The translations under genes were made by a program, and so were the position numbers. Below are positions 58,689 to 64,000 of a stretch of DNA of 64,000 bases, piece by piece. This DNA comes from Antedon mediterranea (taxonomy: Eukaryota > Animalia > Echinodermata): positions 858,201 through 922,200 of the forward strand of contig NC_092670.1 of assembly GCF_964355755.1 (NCBI RefSeq). The letters run 5' to 3'. The notes under the pieces were generated by a model. The model worked only from the letters and a program-made list of their open reading frames with translations. It was not told the DNA's origin and made no database searches. Within the stretch, counting starts at the first letter, position 1, and every line of letters starts with the position of its first letter.

Positions 58689-61399
58689 AGAACACCATCC
58701 ATTTTCAAACCAAACGGCTCTTTTCAGGGCCACCAAATGTTCAAAAGAGATTTAAAAGCATTTTGACTATACTGTAGTATATATTATTTCAATTTATATA
58801 GCATGGAAATATTGTTAGGTCGAAAATAGATAGACTATCTGATATTTTAACTTAACCACATAACAAACTCCTAGCTAGAAAGTAGGAAGCATTTGAATTG
58901 AATGGATATTAATAATTATTACTATTACTTATCCATAATAAATTAATTTATTTGGAACTATACTTTTGTTACACGATTCTTGAATAAAAGAGTAATTAAA
59001 ATAAAAGTTATTGAGCCATAGGCCTATTTACAAGAAACCTAAATTATTTACAAAATATAAAATTAATAATACAGGATTTTAGTAACTATTTTGGAACTCT
59101 AAGTTAACCACAACAGAGAAATGTCACATTAACAATAACCTTTGATAATGGACTCAACCATTGTTGGTAATGGGTGATGAGAACACTAATTAGGTTACAT
59201 TGTTACACATTTAATTTTAATACAGTACATTGCCATCGTTGACATTCTATCTTATTCATATTATAGATATATTTTTGTAATTATTAGTTACTCGGTCTTT
59301 ATTATAGTAATTTGAATTTAAAATACTTTTATAAACATAACCTGTTTTTTTCTATAATGGATTTCTCATTTTTTCAAAAAACAAAAATCTTATCCTATAC
59401 AATGTTGTCAAAAAATCAATTTCACAGTCTAAACAAAATGAATGTCCTATCTTATATAAACTGAATTTAGGTGGAATTGTAGAATAATTGCAGGCGTATT
59501 AACATATAGATGTAATAGTTATGGCATAACTAAGAGACCTCTAGCAACCTTTGAGTTATTGTTTTGGATCACCTTCAAATAGTTGAACAAAGTTACCTTG
59601 TTGTATTTCATAAAACATTGGAAAAAGTGTAAACATAAATGTAGTACTTAATACAAATTAAGTACATATTAATAAGCATAATTAGAAATGTGTGGCTGCT
59701 GTACCAAGAATATTGTAGAGTTTACAGTTTTATAGTTTTTATTTATATAGGTATAAAAACATTCATATATGTATATAAATATCCCGCCAGCGACATTTTT
59801 TCATACAACTAAAAATATAGAACGTTTTCAGATGAGCTATGCCCGACGTGATTATAAGATCATGTTCCGAATATGAGCACTGTTTCTATAACTTGACAGT
59901 ATGATTTATATATAAAAACATTCAAGCTTGGTCCCTACATAGATGCAATGCCAGTGCGCCACAAGTAAGTTGGTTTGTGACTGGTCAACTCACTTGCGTT
60001 GTGCCTACGTTGTTGCGTTGAGTTCGAGTGTGAACCAGGCTTTAAAAGTACAGTAGTTATTAATGCTAGGCCTACTGATTGTATTGTTAATACTGTAGTA
60101 TTTTAAATAATGTATGACAATTATTTATATGTTTATATGTAGGACAGTTGGCCTCATTAACCAAACATAATATTAGGTCATATAATATCGTTTGGTTATC
60201 TATCTGCTAACTTTTACCTGAAAGAAATAATTCATAAACATTAATTACAATACAATTGAAAGTAAATAAAAGATTGACTATACTTCCGTGTTAAAATAGC
60301 ACAAATACTAAATTATCAACAAAGAGGGCAGTAGACAGATTTTACATATAACCATATAAGTGTACAAACTACAAACTAAAATAAAAATCATGGTATAGTA
60401 CTTACTATTCATTGTCAGATAATCACTCGCATGACTTTGTACATGCATGGTATCTATATCTATAGTATTTGATATGATCAATATCAGAGCCAGGCAGAAA
60501 AATATTCAAAATTTATATTCTGATAACAAGAGGTTAACAAACTATCACATTTGAAAATAGCATATTTGTGCAATTTAAATTAAAATGTATTTTGTACTAA
60601 AATACATTGTATATGTATGTACTCTGATTGAAAACAAAATGTTAGTGTTTTTGTTTGTTTGTAAAATCCGATATATATATCATAGTTTTAGGCCTAACTA
60701 TCAATCTGTTTAGCCAGCAGGTACTACTAGGCTGTGTAATAATATATTGTACTGTTCTATACTTTTTATTTTACTGACATACCTGGTAGGCCTTATCTAT
60801 TAGCTATTGGTCACTACATCTGGCCTGCCTGGGCTGATGAGACCATATCATCCTCCTACCAAGCACAGATCACCCAGCCAGCCAGACTGCCTCTCTAAAT
60901 ACCCGACCACGTGTAAAGGAGGGATGACTGAAATGAAGAAATAGTGGTACCCCTCCACACACAGACATGTCCACATTCCGCGGGTGCTACAACCCAGGGA
61001 TGTTGTTATTTACCTGCAAAGTTCTGGCCTGGAATACTTACCAATAAAGGAACTTTATCATGCATTCTCAGTTCTACATGTCGTTATCATATCATACATA
61101 AAAACAATGCTCTTTTCAGTCAGCCTGTATCCAAACTACTAGGAAATTTCCTTACTCACAATGCTACGACGGCGTGTGGTCGTGGTGGAGTCGTAGTATA
61201 GAGTGGAAAGAGAGCGACGATAGTGTGCGTGCGTGCTCTTAGATATCAGGCGCGGGGCGGGAAAGTTTGGTTGTAATTTCAGTATAGAGGGCGCCCGGAC
61301 AGTTTTTACGGCAGTCATAATAATAGCTCTGTTTTACGGCACAGCCATACGGTATACTGCTGTATGGCTATTGCATTTACAGTATTTATACTTTTTTTT

Positions 61400-61649
61400 T
61401 TGGTTATCCGCAACGAAGTTGCAGGATAACCTCTTGTGATTGTACGAAATCATCATCATCATTGGTTATCCGCAACGAAGTTGCAGGATAACCTCTTGTG
61501 ATTGTACGAAATCATTGGTTATCCGCAACGAAGTTGCAGGATAACCTCTTGTGATTGTACGAAATCATCAACATCTTTTTGGTTATCCGCAACGAAGTTG
61601 CAGGATAACCTCTTGTGATTGTACGAAATCATCAACATCTTTTTCTTAA
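61400..61649 (+). repeat. Four stacked 5' termini of a Helentron-like element (a fifth at 61650 heads the full copy)
   Basis: ttggttatccgcaacgaagttgcaggataacctcttgtgattgtacgaaatca at about 61400, 61462, 61515, 61579, 61650. Confidence 0.85.
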
Positions 61650-63257
61650 TTGGTTATCCGCAACGAAGTTGCAGGATAACCTCTTGTGATTGTACGAAAT
61701 CATCATCATCATCATCATCATCAACTTTTTATTCTTCTTCTTTCTTTCTGTATGATTTTTGTGTAACGCTTTTCTCTGAAACTTGCAAACATAACATTTT
61801 GTTAACTATGTTAACATTTTGACATTTATGTAACGTCGTCAAGCGAAGCTTTTCATGATGTTTACAATTGCGCAACGTGACGTACGCGCGATTTAACGAT
61901 TTTCTCGTATTTAACATATGTCAAAAACCAAATAACATTTCAACTTGAAACTTTGCAAAAGTTTAATTTATATCATGCGCTAACTTTCTGTTGAAAAAAA
62001 ATTGCGTGTTTTACACAAAGTTACGCGCGCACGCGCATTTAAAATTTCAAAATGCGCGAAATTAATTTATAATCAACTTTCTACGCGTTTCATGTCGTTT
62101 TAAGCATGTCAAAAATTCCCACGCGTGCGCACATTTTTACGTGTGCGGTGCGCACGTAGCATTGAAAACGTATTTTTTTCGCGTGATTTATGTTTTTCCA
62201 GCCTTTTCATGTAATTTTACCAAATTTTTAACAATTTCGACTTAAAGATACGTCATACGAGCACGTCGAATTGGACAATTTGCGCGCGTTTTTTATGAAA
62301 AGGTTAAAAAATTCGTTTAAAATATGCCTTTTTTTAAACAGTCGTAATTTCTAAACTAGACGGTCAACTTTTTGTGGATGGCATATTCTGGAAGTAGATG
62401 AGTTGTAGATATCGGATCAGGTATTAATATGGCTAACCGGACATTGTGACGTCATCGTATGGCCACGCGAATATAAAATTTAGGATTTTTGTATCTTTCG
62501 TCATAGGTCATCACATTGAATAGAGCGCATCTCCACTTATCCGTTTTCCATTTTCACCCCGATTTTGATATTGTCTAGGTCAATCAACTATCTTTCGCAT
62601 GAGTGAAAAATATTTTAATTTTTATGACGTCATCATGCCTAAAAATTGAAATCACGTGTGGCATCAATTTCATCTTTACAGTAAATTTTAATCTGTTATA
62701 GCTCGTAAGAATAAAATGTGATAATCACGATTAAAACTTTTTCTGGAAGCTATTGGATTGTAGATACGAAATTATGTCAAAATGTTGCCAATCGGATGTT
62801 GTGACGTCATCATATGGCCAGTTAAATAAAAAAGGTCGTATTTTCATCTTTTGCGTCATAATTCATTACATTTAAAAGAGCGCGCATCAATATTTCACGT
62901 ATTCAAATTTCTTCTACACGCTAATACGTTGTTGCTGAGATAATTTCCTTTCGGAATTGCTACCTTCGCGTTTCATTTTAAAACCGTCAACATGTTAAAA
63001 ATTGCAATAAATAGCGGGTCCCGTAATTTCACCTATTCTACACTGTATGTGATATGGATACAGATTATACTGTGTATACTATATATGAATTTAAACAATA
63101 AAATTCAGCAATAACAACATATCATATTCTTCAGTTCAGGTCATAATGCCAACGTGAACACTTCCTTTTGTCCTCAACCTATCCCCTTAATGTTAATGTT
63201 GCACCACTTGCGCGGCGGATAACCAAACTCGTCAAAGTGACGAGTTACATGTCTAGT
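61650..63257 (+). mobile_element. Non-autonomous Helentron/Helitron2-like element (HINE/DINE architecture), 1.6 kb
   Basis: 5' TT + subTIR ttggttatccgc with palindrome, microsatellite, 3' subTIR gcggataaccaa (63215-63226), hairpin aactcgtca-aag-tgacgagtt, terminal ctagt. Confidence 0.8.
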
Positions 63258-64000
63258 CTTCTTTCTTTCTGTATGATTTTTGTGTAACGCTTTTCTCTAA
63301 AACTTGCAAACATAACATTTTGTTAACTATGTTAACATTTTGACATTTATGTAACGTCGTCAAGCGAAGCTTTTCATGATGTTTACAATTGCGCAACGTG
63401 ACGTACGCGCGATTTAACGATTTTCTCGTATTTAACATATGTCGAAAACCAAATAACATTTTAAAGTGAAACTTTGCAAAAGTTTAATTTATATCATGCG
63501 CTAACTTTCTGTTGAAAAAAAATTGCGTGTTTTACACAAAGTTACGCGCGCACGCGCATTTAAAATTTCAAAATGCGCAAAATTAATTTATAATCAACTT
63601 TCTACGCGTTTCATGTCGTTTTAAGCATGTCAAAAATTCCCACGTGTGCGCACATTTTTACGTGTGCGGTGCGCACGTAGCATTGAAAACGTATTTTTTT
63701 CGCGTGATTTATGTTTTTCCAGCCTTTTCTAGTAATTTTACCAAATTTTAAACAATTTCGACTTAAAGATACGTCATACGAGCACGTCGAATTGGACAAT
63801 TTGCGCGCGTTTTTTATGAAAAGGTTAAAAAATTCGTTTAAAATATGCCTTTTTTTAAACAGTTGTAATTTCTAAACTAGACGGTCAACTTTTTGTGGAT
63901 GACATATTCTGGAAGTAGATGAGTTGTAGGTATCGGATCAGGTATTAATATGGCTAACCGGACATTGTGACGTCATCGTATGGCCACGCGAATATAAAAT
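63258..64000 (+). mobile_element. Second body of the same element lacking its 5' terminus, runs off the window
   Basis: Near-identical to the sequence from 61737 onward. Confidence 0.88.

Noticed and set aside
60831-60870. CTGATGA as a second hammerhead core
   Set aside because: No stem II closed by GAAA follows.
61400-61710. CRISPR-like look: palindromic repeats with variable gaps
   Set aside because: Eukaryotic context, no cas genes; gaps are microsatellite pieces and the repeat is an element terminus.

Overview
AT-rich metazoan (invertebrate, probably deuterostome/echinoderm-like; inferred) genomic DNA. Left part: a single-coding-exon PERCC1-like gene (minus strand, with a YAP/FAM181-type TEAD-binding motif) and a 20-coding-exon CCDC33-like gene (minus strand, about 1044 aa, 8493-24660) whose introns hold minisatellites, a Deu/Nin-core SINE and MITEs. 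A nest of non-autonomous DNA transposons (25.3-31.2 kb) precedes a replication-dependent histone cluster of 14 genes: H2B(-), H4, H3, H2A, H1, H4, H3, H2B, H2A, H1 (transposon-split), H4, H3, H2B, H2A, each with a 3' stem-loop and purine-rich downstream element. Notable: a Mutator-like element inside H1; mosaic histone genes with duplicated 3' signals; a minimal Penelope-type hammerhead ribozyme in one spacer; TA->TACAGTA/TAGGCCTA insertions resembling excision footprints; and a Helentron-like element apparently nested into itself five times at the right edge. All calls were made by eye, with no database searches.
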